Positions 9,483 through 19,061 of a DNA stretch of 64,000 bases are shown piece after piece. The stretch comes from Abditibacteriaceae bacterium. GTDB lineage: Bacteria > Armatimonadota > Abditibacteriia > Abditibacteriales > Abditibacteriaceae. The notes under the pieces were generated by a model. It saw nothing but the letters and a program-made list of their open reading frames with translations, did not search any database and was not told the DNA's origin. The first letter of the stretch is position 1. Each line of letters opens with the position of its first letter. The stretch covers positions 31,805 to 95,804 of the forward strand of contig JANPJS010000034.1 in the NCBI GenBank assembly GCA_031425655.1, written 5' to 3'. The translations under genes were made by a program, and so were the position numbers.

Positions 9483-10022
9483 TTAGCGCGCTTCAACGAG
9501 ATTGTTGAGCAGATTTTTAAGTGCAACGTCCGCGTGCGCATCGGGCGCGAGACCGCCGAAGCCGCGAAAAACGATGCGATCCTGAATATGGCTGGAAACC
9601 GTGTTGACTTCCATTTCTACGGGAAACAGCGCCAACAGCGATGCCTGAGAAAGCAATTTTCCCAAAAATCCGACCTGATCCGGCCCTTCGAGATGCACTT
9701 CGATGCCCTCATCGCGTTTGCGGGCAAGGCGGAATGCGGTTAATTTAGGCATTCCGGTGCCGCTTAACAGCGATTTAGTCTGCGCCAGCGCCACGTAATC
9801 CATATATTCAGGCGTGGCATCGCTATGTTTGAAATCGAGACGAAAAGTCGCATCCCACCGCCGCGTGCTGTCTTGAATCGCCTTCCCGGATAGCACGGAG
9901 ACTTTGGAATCCGCCAGACCCGAAAACAGAAAAACCATCCAGTGAGGATGAGGAAAAAAACCGTAAATGCTCAGCTCGTAGGAGCCGTTGGCAAGATGTG
10001 AAAGCGAGGAACGCGGCGTCAT
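9483..10022 (-). CDS. Hypothetical protein with ACT-like repeats
   Basis: VHLEGPDQVGFLGKL...VNT....QDRIVF resembles GlnD-type ACT domains; AGGAG RBS. Confidence 0.55.
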   Translation of the reverse strand: MTPRSSLSHLANGSYELSIYGFFPHPHWMVFLFSGLADSKVSVLSGKAIQDSTRRWDATFRLDFKHSDATPEYMDYVALAQTKSLLSGTGMPKLTAFRLARKRDEGIEVHLEGPDQVGFLGKLLSQASLLALFPVEMEVNTVSSHIQDRIVFRGFGGLAPDAHADVALKNLLNNLVEAR

Positions 10023-10131
10023 AAAAACTCCTGTGAGCGTTAATTTATCAGGCCTCTGTTTCCGGCAGATTAAAGATTTTCGTGAATTCTCTGGGTTTTT
10101 ACTCGAAAAAGATGACAGGCATCGAAAAGCG

Positions 10132-10161
10132 ACAACGCCGGAGCAATTGCTCCGGCGTTGT
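10132..10161 (-). terminator. Perfect 30-bp palindrome, probable terminator of the GH2 gene
   Basis: ACAACGCCGGAGCAATTGCTCCGGCGTTGT. Confidence 0.7.
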
Positions 10162-10201
10162 TGTTTTCTATCAACTCTGCGATTTCAGCAGCGCAGTTTC
10201 G

Positions 10202-12121
10202 TTACTTCTTTGGCGTGGCTTTCGTCGGCTTGGCGACCGGCGCTTTGGCGACCGGCGCTGCTTTAGCCGATTTGCCATCTAACTTTTCGATGGCGGCTTT
10301 GCGCGTTTGCGCTTTGCGAATGCGCTTCATGTCGAATTTCAGTGAGCGGTCGAAGTTGTAGATGCCGTTTTCTTCGAGAAACACGTCGGTGAGCTGCGTG
10401 TAGCAGTATCCGAACATATCGGGATTATCGAGCAGCACGCCGCACAAGCCCTCAAAGCGCGTGTAGAACTCCTCAATGGTGCGAGGCCGCTTGCCATAAC
10501 CCCACGACTGCTTGACATCGGTTTGCGGACGCCACCAGATGCCGCCGAATTCGGACACGAAGAACGGCTGGCCGCGATAATGAACGCTCCACGGCTTGTC
10601 GGGCGGGCCGTTGTAAAACGGCTTGCCTGCGGCTAAGCCTTCCTGGTTTTTGGCGAACTTTTTCGGGTCTTGCTCGTAGTCGTGGCAATCGTAAATATCG
10701 GTTTCAGGAATGCGGTGCGAATAACCGGACGCATCGAGAACCGGGCGCGTCTGGTCAATGGCTTTGGTGCCCCAGAACATGGCGTGCGTGGCGTCATCGA
10801 GAAGGGAAATCTGCGAGCGAATCTCCTCGTAGGTTTCATTCAGCGGGCACCATCCGACAATGCTGGGATGCGAATAATCGCGCTCGACGCATTCCGTCCA
10901 CTGCGCGGCGCAGGTAATGCCCGGCTTCAAAATATTATCGTCGTGGCCGCGCAAACCCCAATCGGGAAACTCACTCCACACGATGTAGCCCAGTTTGTCG
11001 CAGTGATAAAGAAAGCGTTCCTCGAAGACTTTCTGGTGCAATCGCGCGCCGTTGAAACCTGCCGCGATGGAGAGCTTGATGTCGTTGACGAGCGCGTCTT
11101 CAGTGGGCGCGGTCATAATGCCGTCGGCGTAATAACCCTGATCGAGAACAAGGCGTTGAAAGACGGATTTGCCGTTGATTTTCACGGCTTTGCCGACGAT
11201 AGTGACCGAGCGCAGGCCTGCATAGCTTTGCAGCGCGTCTTTAACTTGGCCGTTGGCATCCAATAATTCGATGAGCACATCATAAAGAAACGGGTCTTCG
11301 ATAGACCACAAACGGCGGCGTTTTTCGGGAATTTCCAGCGCCAGATAGGGAATCATGTCGCTTTCGGCCTCGATTTGCTTTTGGATGACGACGCCTTGCT
11401 CGTCGCTGAGCGTGGCGCGCAGAAAAAGGCCGCCTCGCGGGCCGGTTAACGGCTGTTCAATGCGAATAATGCCGTGCGCGACGTTGGGCGTCAGGCGCGG
11501 GCGACGCAGATAGCATTTGGGCACCGGTTCCATCCACACGGTTTGCCAGATGCCCGTCGTGCGCGTGTAAAGGCACGAATGATTTTCGTAGCGTTGCGAT
11601 TGCTTGCCGCGCGGCTGCACCGGTTGCGCGTAATCACGCGCCCGCACGATAATGGTCACGGTGTCGCCGCCTTTGGCGATGCCTTCGAGGTTGGCCGAAA
11701 ACGGCGTAAAACCGCCGCGATGCCGCACCACTTCGCGGCAGGTGCCATCCGGCAAAGCAATCCAGACGGTTGTGTCGTAGTCACACGCTTGAAAGCGCAA
11801 AAGCACGTTTTGTGCGCCCCATTCGGCGGGAATCGTCACCTCGCGCCGATACCAAACCGCATTCAGAAAATCGGTGTCGCCGATGCCCGACAACTCCGAT
11901 TCGGGGCAAAACGGCACGATGATTTTGCTTTCCAAGTCGCGCGCTTTGAGTCCGCGCTCTTCACCACTGTCGCCTTTATCAATTTCAAACTGCCATTCGC
12001 CGTTCAAACACAGCCATTGGTCGCGCACAAATTGCGGGCGCGGATATTCGGGGCGCGGCACGTTGGGCGCCGCTGCGTCGGCGGATTGAACCGCTTGGTC
12101 ACTCGTTTTCTTTGCAGCCAT
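10202..12121 (-). CDS. Glycoside hydrolase family 2 (beta-galactosidase/glucuronidase-like)
   Basis: PRPEYPRPQF.R..W..LNGEWQF, LDQGYY.DG..TAP, GFNGARLHQKV, HPSIVGWCPLNE, SEFGG, YCYTQLTD; GAGGAG before ATG 12121. Confidence 0.92.
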   Translation of the reverse strand: MAAKKTSDQAVQSADAAAPNVPRPEYPRPQFVRDQWLCLNGEWQFEIDKGDSGEERGLKARDLESKIIVPFCPESELSGIGDTDFLNAVWYRREVTIPAEWGAQNVLLRFQACDYDTTVWIALPDGTCREVVRHRGGFTPFSANLEGIAKGGDTVTIIVRARDYAQPVQPRGKQSQRYENHSCLYTRTTGIWQTVWMEPVPKCYLRRPRLTPNVAHGIIRIEQPLTGPRGGLFLRATLSDEQGVVIQKQIEAESDMIPYLALEIPEKRRRLWSIEDPFLYDVLIELLDANGQVKDALQSYAGLRSVTIVGKAVKINGKSVFQRLVLDQGYYADGIMTAPTEDALVNDIKLSIAAGFNGARLHQKVFEERFLYHCDKLGYIVWSEFPDWGLRGHDDNILKPGITCAAQWTECVERDYSHPSIVGWCPLNETYEEIRSQISLLDDATHAMFWGTKAIDQTRPVLDASGYSHRIPETDIYDCHDYEQDPKKFAKNQEGLAAGKPFYNGPPDKPWSVHYRGQPFFVSEFGGIWWRPQTDVKQSWGYGKRPRTIEEFYTRFEGLCGVLLDNPDMFGYCYTQLTDVFLEENGIYNFDRSLKFDMKRIRKAQTRKAAIEKLDGKSAKAAPVAKAPVAKPTKATPKK

Positions 12122-12235
12122 TGAGTTAAAAACTCTCCTCAAATTTGGGTCAATCCCTGCAATTTTAGATGCCTCGTCTGCGTTGGGCAACCCGCTTATT
12201 ATCCAGCCGCCGGGATAATCGAATTGTTCTGGAAA

Positions 12236-15200
12236 TTATCGGCGTGGCCCCTCAATCGCGTCTCCGATTTTGTCACGCAGCTTTAAAAGCGCGGTCGGAT
12301 CGCTCTGATTTTTGCTGGAATAACGGCCTCCGGCGTTGGGAATCGAGACTTGATTCTCCGTTTCGCGCAGCAGGGCCATCAGGAAGATTTCGCGGGCCAA
12401 AACGACGGTAATGCCGTTCTCATTCCATAACTTTTTGTGTAGCAACCGCAAATATTCGTAATCTTCGGCGCCGTCGCGCACGGCTTCGAGGCGAATGCTG
12501 GAAATCGGGCCGTCTTTACTGGGATAAGCTAAATAGCCGTCGCCATTGGGATAGCGAATGTAATATCCGGCGCTTTTTTCGCTGTCGGACTGCGAAATAT
12601 AGCGGTGCCAGCCGAAACGGTGCGGGTCGAGAGTCCACCAATTGACGCCCCAGAATTCAAAGCCTTTGACGCCATATTTGAAGCAGGCCCACGACAGCAA
12701 ACGCTCGGTGCCGAGATAGGGCGTGTCGAGGCATTGCTGGCCATCGGTGGTGAACCAGAACGAATCGCCCGCCTTCTTCCGCTCTTTAATATCCGCGACG
12801 GGAAACATTCCGACGTGCCCGGCGCCCCAGCGCGTGACGGCACCGTCGAGAGCTTTCATGTGCGTCCAAGTGCTGGAATAAATCGGCAGGCCGGGCACAG
12901 TTTTTTGCACGAAACGGGAGAATTTCTGCAAATTCTCCGCGACTTCGGGCGTGTCGAACGGCTCGTCGCTGAGATAAAACGTGAATTTGCTCAGCCAGCC
13001 TTTAGCGCGGACGTGATCGGCCCACAGTTTCAGCGCGCCGCCGAAAGTTTTTTCCCATTCGGGCGTGAAAGCCGTCGTGCCGAGAAATTTGCGCGGCGCA
13101 TAGGCCCAGCCAAGCGCGTAGAATTGGTCGGGCGTATACATCGTGCTCATGCCGAGTTCATCGAAGCACAGCGCGGCGGCCTTGTCATAGTCGGCGAAAT
13201 CGGCTTTGACTTCACCGTTTTCGAGCGTGAATTTCGGCTCCGGCAGATAGCCCGGCGAAACGTGATGCTCGGCCAAAAAGCGATACCAACTGGCTTCGCT
13301 CGGCGCTTTTGGCCCGCGTAAATCGAAGGTGATTTGCAGCGACGGCGTTTTCGGCAGCATGAAGCTACGCAGATGCACCCGCAACGGGATTTTACGGCTG
13401 CCAATCGAAATCTCGCCTTTATAATCGCTCGTATATTCGCCATTATAAAGTCTCGGCACGGCGCTTTCCGGCGCGTGAACGATAAAATAAAGCGGCTGCG
13501 CTTCGCCGGCATTGAGTTGGACGCTGTCGCCGTTTTTCAATGGATAAAGCGGGTCGGGCCAGTCGCCGGCCCAGCCGTCAGAGCCGGGCGTGCCCGTTGG
13601 GATTTTGCGCTCCCACGCTTTGGCTTTGTCGAGACGATAATAGTTCGTTGGATAGTCCACCGGAACATAGCCGACGCGCGCAATTTCAACCGGCAGCGTC
13701 TCGCCCGCCGCGTTTTTCAGCGGGCTAACGGCGATTTTTACGCTGCTCGGTTTGGCGCTTCGCAGAACGAGTTGCAGCGACTCGCGCTCGTTGCGCGCGA
13801 GGGAAATTTCGCACGCTTTCACGTCCGGATGAACGGCGTCATCTTTGAAAATCTTCAACGCCGTAGACGCCTGCCAGACTCGTAATTCCGGCGCTGGATG
13901 GGGCGCAGGAGCGGACGACGCGCGCAACGGCCCGACGCTGGCGGTCAGCGTTTCCTTCAGTTGGCGCACCACGACGCCATCGTGCCAGAGCGTGCCCGTT
14001 GTGTTGGTCGTCAGGTGAATCTCTATGAATTTGGCATCCGGCGGCGCAGTCACGATATTTTGCCGCCACGTCCAGTCGTTCGTGCCCGAAAGCGCCAGGC
14101 CGGCGCCAGTGAAGGCGTTTTCCTTGACGAGTTTCTTACCGGCACCGCGCCAGTGCGCGTTGAGTTCTGCGCCGCCGGAATCTTTAGTTCTGAGCCATGC
14201 GCCAATAAGATATTTGGCGCCCGCTTGCACCGGCGCGAATTGATGCCATCCGCTCCAATTCGCTTTGGCATCCGGCGGAATCGTCAGTTCGACGGCCCAG
14301 TTGCCGTCTTTGCCGCCGCGCACGCGCTTCGCACTTCCAACCGGCTTGCCGTCCGTCTTTTGCGCGGAGAGTGGCCAACTGTTCGGCAAGTCGCCGCCGC
14401 TTTCAAAACTGGCGTTTTGCAGACGATTAACCGGGCCTTCGGCGAGTGCGGCTTCGGCGAGCGTTGGGCTGGGGCGAAGATTTTTGTCCGATGATAGCAG
14501 AAGCTTGAAGGTTTCAACGCCGTTCAATGGAAAAAAGCTCGTTTGAAATGTAAGAATTCCTTTGTCGAGCCGGGCCGGATGTATCCAATTCCCTTCACTG
14601 ACAAGCTGCCAATAAACTGGCTGCCGTAATCGGGAAATGAACAACGCGCGTTGTAAATTGGCGGTGACTAAGGTGGGAATAGCTTTGGCCTGGATGTGAT
14701 AAACGGTGATTGGCACAACAAGTAATGGATTGACACGGGGCAAAAAAGCTCGTTGGTGGGCGACCGGTCTCGGTTTTAATTTAACGGTTTCTACTGCTCC
14801 AACGTCCAACTTTGCCGCGCCGTTTTCGCCGCCGCTTATTTTCAGCGACACGTCGTCGAACCACGCTTTGCCGGTTCCGTAAAGCACGGTGCCGATGTCC
14901 ATCGTGGCGCCGGTTTCGGGCACGATGAAAGTCGCTATTGCTTCTTTCCAATCGAACGTGCCGTCGCCGGCTTTTATGACTTGATTGACAATCTGCGGCT
15001 TGGCGCCGTTGACATGAACGTAGAATCCGGCGCTGCCGACGACGTTTTCGCCCTTGACCCACGCGCGAAGCTCGATTTGCTGCCCCGGCGCGACGGGAAG
15101 GCCGGTTTGCGCCCATTTAAACCATTCGGACGACGCGCCGGGTTTGGCTTCGGCATAAAGCGCCTTTTTGCCCGAACGCGCGTCGCTTTCCCAGCGCAAA

Positions 15201-15691
15201 AGATGCGCGTCGTCGTTACCTTCGGGTTTCCAGGCGAGCGGGGCACCTTCGCCGCTTTCGATTGTGCCGTTGGCAAAGCCGCCGGGCAGAAAATCGGGCA
15301 CTAATCCGGCTTTTTCGTTGCCCCAGTAAATCCAGAATGCGCGCGTTTGTCCTGCGGCGAGTTCGAGCGGCAGCGTTAATTTATCGCCGTTGGCGATTTT
15401 GCCTTCGTGTCGCGGCGTGCCGTCAGCGCTCGTGAGGTTGAAAAGCAACTCTTGCTTTGCGTCGTCCAAAACGCGCACGCTGCGCGCTTCACTTCCGGCC
15501 AGAGCGAGGCTGTTTTGCCCAACAATGAGGGTTTGCGGTGCGCCGTCCAGTGGTGTCGGGCTGCTCGCCGTGATTTTCACGCGGTTGGGCCAATAGCCGC
15601 CGTTGTCGAGATAAAGCGGATGCTGCCACGGTGCTTGTTGCGCGAAAACGGGCAGGGTGAGGCAAACGAGGAGGGCACATATCTTCTTCAT
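12236..15691 (-). CDS. Large secreted protein with two CBM-like domains and a DUF4091/GH123-like C-terminal domain
   Basis: Signal peptide; two N..(F/I)ESG...W modules; LARNERESLQLVL, WPDPL, YLSDEP, NGDGYLAYP...SSIRLEAVRDGAEDYEY. Confidence 0.75.
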   Translation of the reverse strand: MKKICALLVCLTLPVFAQQAPWQHPLYLDNGGYWPNRVKITASSPTPLDGAPQTLIVGQNSLALAGSEARSVRVLDDAKQELLFNLTSADGTPRHEGKIANGDKLTLPLELAAGQTRAFWIYWGNEKAGLVPDFLPGGFANGTIESGEGAPLAWKPEGNDDAHLLRWESDARSGKKALYAEAKPGASSEWFKWAQTGLPVAPGQQIELRAWVKGENVVGSAGFYVHVNGAKPQIVNQVIKAGDGTFDWKEAIATFIVPETGATMDIGTVLYGTGKAWFDDVSLKISGGENGAAKLDVGAVETVKLKPRPVAHQRAFLPRVNPLLVVPITVYHIQAKAIPTLVTANLQRALFISRLRQPVYWQLVSEGNWIHPARLDKGILTFQTSFFPLNGVETFKLLLSSDKNLRPSPTLAEAALAEGPVNRLQNASFESGGDLPNSWPLSAQKTDGKPVGSAKRVRGGKDGNWAVELTIPPDAKANWSGWHQFAPVQAGAKYLIGAWLRTKDSGGAELNAHWRGAGKKLVKENAFTGAGLALSGTNDWTWRQNIVTAPPDAKFIEIHLTTNTTGTLWHDGVVVRQLKETLTASVGPLRASSAPAPHPAPELRVWQASTALKIFKDDAVHPDVKACEISLARNERESLQLVLRSAKPSSVKIAVSPLKNAAGETLPVEIARVGYVPVDYPTNYYRLDKAKAWERKIPTGTPGSDGWAGDWPDPLYPLKNGDSVQLNAGEAQPLYFIVHAPESAVPRLYNGEYTSDYKGEISIGSRKIPLRVHLRSFMLPKTPSLQITFDLRGPKAPSEASWYRFLAEHHVSPGYLPEPKFTLENGEVKADFADYDKAAALCFDELGMSTMYTPDQFYALGWAYAPRKFLGTTAFTPEWEKTFGGALKLWADHVRAKGWLSKFTFYLSDEPFDTPEVAENLQKFSRFVQKTVPGLPIYSSTWTHMKALDGAVTRWGAGHVGMFPVADIKERKKAGDSFWFTTDGQQCLDTPYLGTERLLSWACFKYGVKGFEFWGVNWWTLDPHRFGWHRYISQSDSEKSAGYYIRYPNGDGYLAYPSKDGPISSIRLEAVRDGAEDYEYLRLLHKKLWNENGITVVLAREIFLMALLRETENQVSIPNAGGRYSSKNQSDPTALLKLRDKIGDAIEGPRR

Positions 15692-15718
15692 AATTCACCG
15701 CAAAGTCAGACAAAGCAA

Positions 15719-15768
15719 AATGGAGAATTGAGCGTTTTCTCAATTCTCCATTCGCAATTCCAAATTCT
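15719..15768. repeat. Heptamer-based palindrome (GAGAATT/AATTCTC type)
   Basis: AATGGAGAATTGAG / CTCAATTCTCCATT plus extra degenerate units. Confidence 0.75.
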
Positions 15769-15769
15769 A

Positions 15770-16375
15770 TTAAACCGGCACGAAATCCGACTGCGGAGCC
15801 GAAAGCTTACTCACCATATCTACAATTTCGACTTGCCACCAGCCTTTGCCGACTTCTTTTTGCAAGATTTGCATAGCGTCCTCATGTGCGAAAGCGGTGC
15901 GATAAGCGCGGTCGCAGCGCAGCGTGTCGTAAACGTCTACGACCGAAAGGATGCGCATGGCCGGCGTAATGGCATCGCCGCGCAGGCCGTCGGGATAGCC
16001 GGAGCCGTTGAGTTTTTCATGGTGGCTGCGCATCAAGGGCAGAGCGCCGGCCAGTGACGCGAGTGGCTTGCAAATCTGCACGCTGATGAGCGGATGCATC
16101 TTGGTTTCCTCGAATTCCCATTCGCTCAGGCCCGCAGGCTTGAGCAAAATCGAGTCGGGAATGCCGATATTGCCGATGTCGTGCAAAAGCGCGCCGTATT
16201 TCAGATTAAATAGTTCCGTCTCATCCAGTCCGAGTTTCACGCCGATTTCGAGGCAATAACGAGCCACGCGCTCTGAATGCTGGCGAATGCGGAAGTCTTT
16301 GGCTTCCGCCGCTGTGAGAAGCGCTCGTGCGATGTGTTCTACGGGATCGTTTGAGGATAATTCTAAATTATTCAT
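15770..16375 (-). CDS. Stand-alone HD-GYP domain protein (cyclic dinucleotide phosphodiesterase family)
   Basis: HSERVA, LLHDIG, HHEKLNGSGYPDGL, VDVYD. Confidence 0.9.
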   Translation of the reverse strand: MNNLELSSNDPVEHIARALLTAAEAKDFRIRQHSERVARYCLEIGVKLGLDETELFNLKYGALLHDIGNIGIPDSILLKPAGLSEWEFEETKMHPLISVQICKPLASLAGALPLMRSHHEKLNGSGYPDGLRGDAITPAMRILSVVDVYDTLRCDRAYRTAFAHEDAMQILQKEVGKGWWQVEIVDMVSKLSAPQSDFVPV

Positions 16376-16503
16376 GCTGATCTTTTTATCTCATCTTACG
16401 CGGAGGAACCTTTGCGGGGCGCAAAAGCAACTGCGCTCAGAATGACAACGCTTCTTTAATTGCTTTGCCTCGAAACGTTGTCCTTGTAAGGTGAGTTTCT
16501 ATT

Positions 16504-17187
16504 TCAATACGCACTTTGCCCGGCAGCGCCATCTCCGGAATCATGCGGTTCCGTTACGGCGGGTGCATCCGTGATTTGCTGCGGTGGCAGTGGCGCGAAC
16601 GGTGGCCGCTTGCCGTCCATGTTCATTGGCCCGGACAGGCCCAGAGCCTCGTGCGCGGCGCGCGGCGCGTTCGGCCCGACGGCGGGCAAAAACGTCTGTT
16701 TGGGTTGCTTGCCGCCAAACGTCATCGCCACTTCGTCACACGCAACCATGAATTTCGGGCAGTTCGTGCATTCGCTCCACACGCGCTGCGGCAACAAGCG
16801 CATATCAATCGGCACGAAATCAAGTTTGGCGAAAAACTCCATTTTATTAGTCAGCGTGAACACGCATTCGATGCCCAGAGGCTCGGCTTCGGCCAGCGCC
16901 GCATCCACCAATTTGCGGCCCCAGCCGTGTCCCTGCACTGCATCGCAGACCGCCAGCGCTTTCAATTCCGCCAGCCCGTCCCACGCCGAATGCAGCGCGC
17001 AGCAGCCGGCGACTTTGTCCGCTTCGTCCGCCAGCACCGTGTAATCGCGGATGTTTTCGTAAAGCTCGGTCAAGCTGCGCGGCAGCATATGACCGTGCTT
17101 GTAATCTTTGTCGGTGCGCGCCGCCATTTCATTAATAAGCGCGCGAATTTGCGGCACGTCATCGTTGCGCGCCTTGCGGAGTTTCAT
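16504..17187 (-). CDS. GNAT N-acetyltransferase (short ArgA/N-acetylglutamate synthase-like) with Pro-rich tail
   Basis: MLPRSL.ELYENIRDY, LAELKALAV, G.GRKLV, LP..VWSEC..CPKF..CDE.AM. Confidence 0.8.
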   Translation of the reverse strand: MKLRKARNDDVPQIRALINEMAARTDKDYKHGHMLPRSLTELYENIRDYTVLADEADKVAGCCALHSAWDGLAELKALAVCDAVQGHGWGRKLVDAALAEAEPLGIECVFTLTNKMEFFAKLDFVPIDMRLLPQRVWSECTNCPKFMVACDEVAMTFGGKQPKQTFLPAVGPNAPRAAHEALGLSGPMNMDGKRPPFAPLPPQQITDAPAVTEPHDSGDGAAGQSAY

Positions 17188-17202
17188 GAGGTTCTACCAC
17201 AG

Positions 17203-17274
17203 ATTTCACCACAAAGACACGAAGACACAAAGAGCTTTCAGTTTCTTTGTGTCTTCGTGTCTTTGTGGTGAAAT
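17203..17274. repeat. Perfect 31-bp inverted repeat, family C (CACAAAGA units)
   Basis: ATTTCACCACAAAGACACGAAGACACAAAGA and its exact reverse complement; abuts the Uma2 stop. Confidence 0.92.
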
Positions 17275-17841
17275 TCACTCGAAAATTTCTTTTATCGGCA
17301 ACTCGAATCCCGGCAAAATTTCGCCGCCGGGCACGATGTCGCCTTCGATGTAAGTGACGGGCGCGCCGTCGGAGCGCCGAACGATCAGTGCGCGGCGTTG
17401 CGGTTCGACCAACCAAACGGCTTTGGTGCCCGCTTCCAAATACAATCGCACTTTGTCTTCAATCTCAAACCACAAATCGCCCGGCGAAACGACTTCGACG
17501 GCCAAAGTCGGCGGGCCATCAATAAAGCTTTCGGTGCGCTGACCAACCAACCGCGCCGATTCTAAAAAAGACACATCCGGCCCGCGCACTAAATCGGGAT
17601 TATGAAACAAGCGATAACCCGCTTCTACACTGACTCGTCCCAAGCCGTGCTTGCGAACAAAGGCCAACAAATGCGAAAAAATAATGCCCGCGTATTCTCC
17701 GTGATCAAAGCCAACCGGCATAAGGTGCACCACTTTTCCTGCGATTAATTCCGTGTGTTTCGGTGGGCCGGAAGCGAAATACTCTTCGGCTGTCAGCAGT
17801 TTGTCCGCGATGTTTGGTGCCTCTAAAAGCGCGTTTGCCAT
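17275..17841 (-). CDS. Uma2-family (DUF820) PD-(D/E)xK endonuclease-like protein
   Basis: ELI.G, VRGPDVSF, P.LAVEVVSP, K...YL.AG...VWLV.P, LPGF. Confidence 0.92.
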   Translation of the reverse strand: MANALLEAPNIADKLLTAEEYFASGPPKHTELIAGKVVHLMPVGFDHGEYAGIIFSHLLAFVRKHGLGRVSVEAGYRLFHNPDLVRGPDVSFLESARLVGQRTESFIDGPPTLAVEVVSPGDLWFEIEDKVRLYLEAGTKAVWLVEPQRRALIVRRSDGAPVTYIEGDIVPGGEILPGFELPIKEIFE

Positions 17842-17856
17842 GAGTCTTCACCTTGC

Positions 17857-18960
17857 TTAATCTTCAGCGTTCGCGGGTTCGTTAGCCAAATCGGCGTTGA
17901 TAACGCTCATCAGCGCGTCCATTTGGTCGGCGGGTTTGGCCCGCGCGACGATTTCGCCCTTGCGGAAAATTAGGCTGATGCCGTTGCCGCCCGCGATGCC
18001 ATAATCGGCGCTTTTGGCTTCACCCGGCCCGTTGACCTCGCAGCCCATCACGGCCACGGAAATCGGCTTGCGAATCGTGCTAACCGCATCGGCGACTTGC
18101 CCGGCCAAAGGCACCACGTCAATATCGCAGCGACCGCAACTGGGGCAGGAAATCACGTTCACGCCGCGCCGACGCAATTCAAGGCCCGCTAAAATGTCCC
18201 AGCCGACTTTCACTTCGTCGTCGCAAATTCCCGTCAGGCTGACGCGCAGCGTGTCGCCGATGCCGTCGTGCAAGAGCATTCCCATGCCCATCGCCGATTT
18301 CACGGTGCCAACGCGCGTCAAACCGGCTTCGGTCACGCCCAAGTGCAGCGGATAATCGCCTAATTCTTCGTTGGCGAGGCGATAAGCGGCGACCGTCGTG
18401 CGCACATCGCTGGCTTTGAGCGAAATGATGACATCGCCGAAATCTTCTTTGTCGAAGTAACTGAGTTCGCGCTTGGCCGACTCGATCAGGGCGCGCGGCG
18501 TCATGCCCCATTTGGCCTTGATGTCGGGATCGAGCGAGCCGGCGTTGACGCCAATGCGAATCGGCACCCCCCGCTCTTTGGCGGCGCGCACGATGTCGCG
18601 GATTTTGCCTTCGTTGCGAATGTTGCCGGGATTCAAGCGCAGCTTGTCCACGCCTTGCTCCAGCGCGATCATGGCGAATTTGGCGTTGAAATGGATGTCG
18701 GCGACGAGCGGAATCTGGATATTGAGGCGAATCCAGCCCAGCGATTTGGCGGAGGCTTCGTCCGGGACGGCCACGCGCACCAAATCGGCGCCGGCCTGCT
18801 GCGCTTGATGAATCTGCTCGATAGTGGCTTTGGTGTCGTCGGTTTTGGTTTTGGTCATCGTTTGCACGGCGATGGGAGCATCGCCGCCGATGAAAATGTT
18901 GCCGACTTTGACTTTGCGCGTTTTGCGCCGTTGGATGGGAAGAACTTCGTCGAATTTCAT
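17857..18960 (-). CDS. ispG: HMBPP synthase
   Basis: PLVADIHF, RLNPGN, RIGVNAGSL, LHLGVTEAG, SCPSCGR, VMGCEVNGPGEA. Confidence 0.97.
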   Translation of the reverse strand: MKFDEVLPIQRRKTRKVKVGNIFIGGDAPIAVQTMTKTKTDDTKATIEQIHQAQQAGADLVRVAVPDEASAKSLGWIRLNIQIPLVADIHFNAKFAMIALEQGVDKLRLNPGNIRNEGKIRDIVRAAKERGVPIRIGVNAGSLDPDIKAKWGMTPRALIESAKRELSYFDKEDFGDVIISLKASDVRTTVAAYRLANEELGDYPLHLGVTEAGLTRVGTVKSAMGMGMLLHDGIGDTLRVSLTGICDDEVKVGWDILAGLELRRRGVNVISCPSCGRCDIDVVPLAGQVADAVSTIRKPISVAVMGCEVNGPGEAKSADYGIAGGNGISLIFRKGEIVARAKPADQMDALMSVINADLANEPANAED

Positions 18961-18971
18961 GGTAAGTCCAA

Positions 18972-19055
18972 AAGGAATTTTGAATGTCGAACAAGGAATT
19001 TTGAAGGCTGAACGATTCTTCGACCTTCAAAATTCCTTGCTCGACATTCGATATT
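18972..19055. repeat. Heptamer-based palindrome (AAGGAAT/TTTGAAT/GTCGAAC units)
   Basis: GAATGTCGAACAAGGAATTTTGAAGG vs CCTTCAAAATTCCTTGCTCGACATTC. Confidence 0.88.
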
Positions 19056-19061
19056 TTAAGG

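Noticed and set aside
10202..10275. Lys/Ala/Pro-rich GH2 tail (AKAPV repeats) as a histone-like domain
   Set aside because: Only about 20 aa of low complexity; no evidence of function
17275..17841. Uma2 gene as the mobiliser of the adjacent palindrome
   Set aside because: A repeat lies directly on one side only, and Uma2 genes are commonly scattered; the association cannot be supported from one instance
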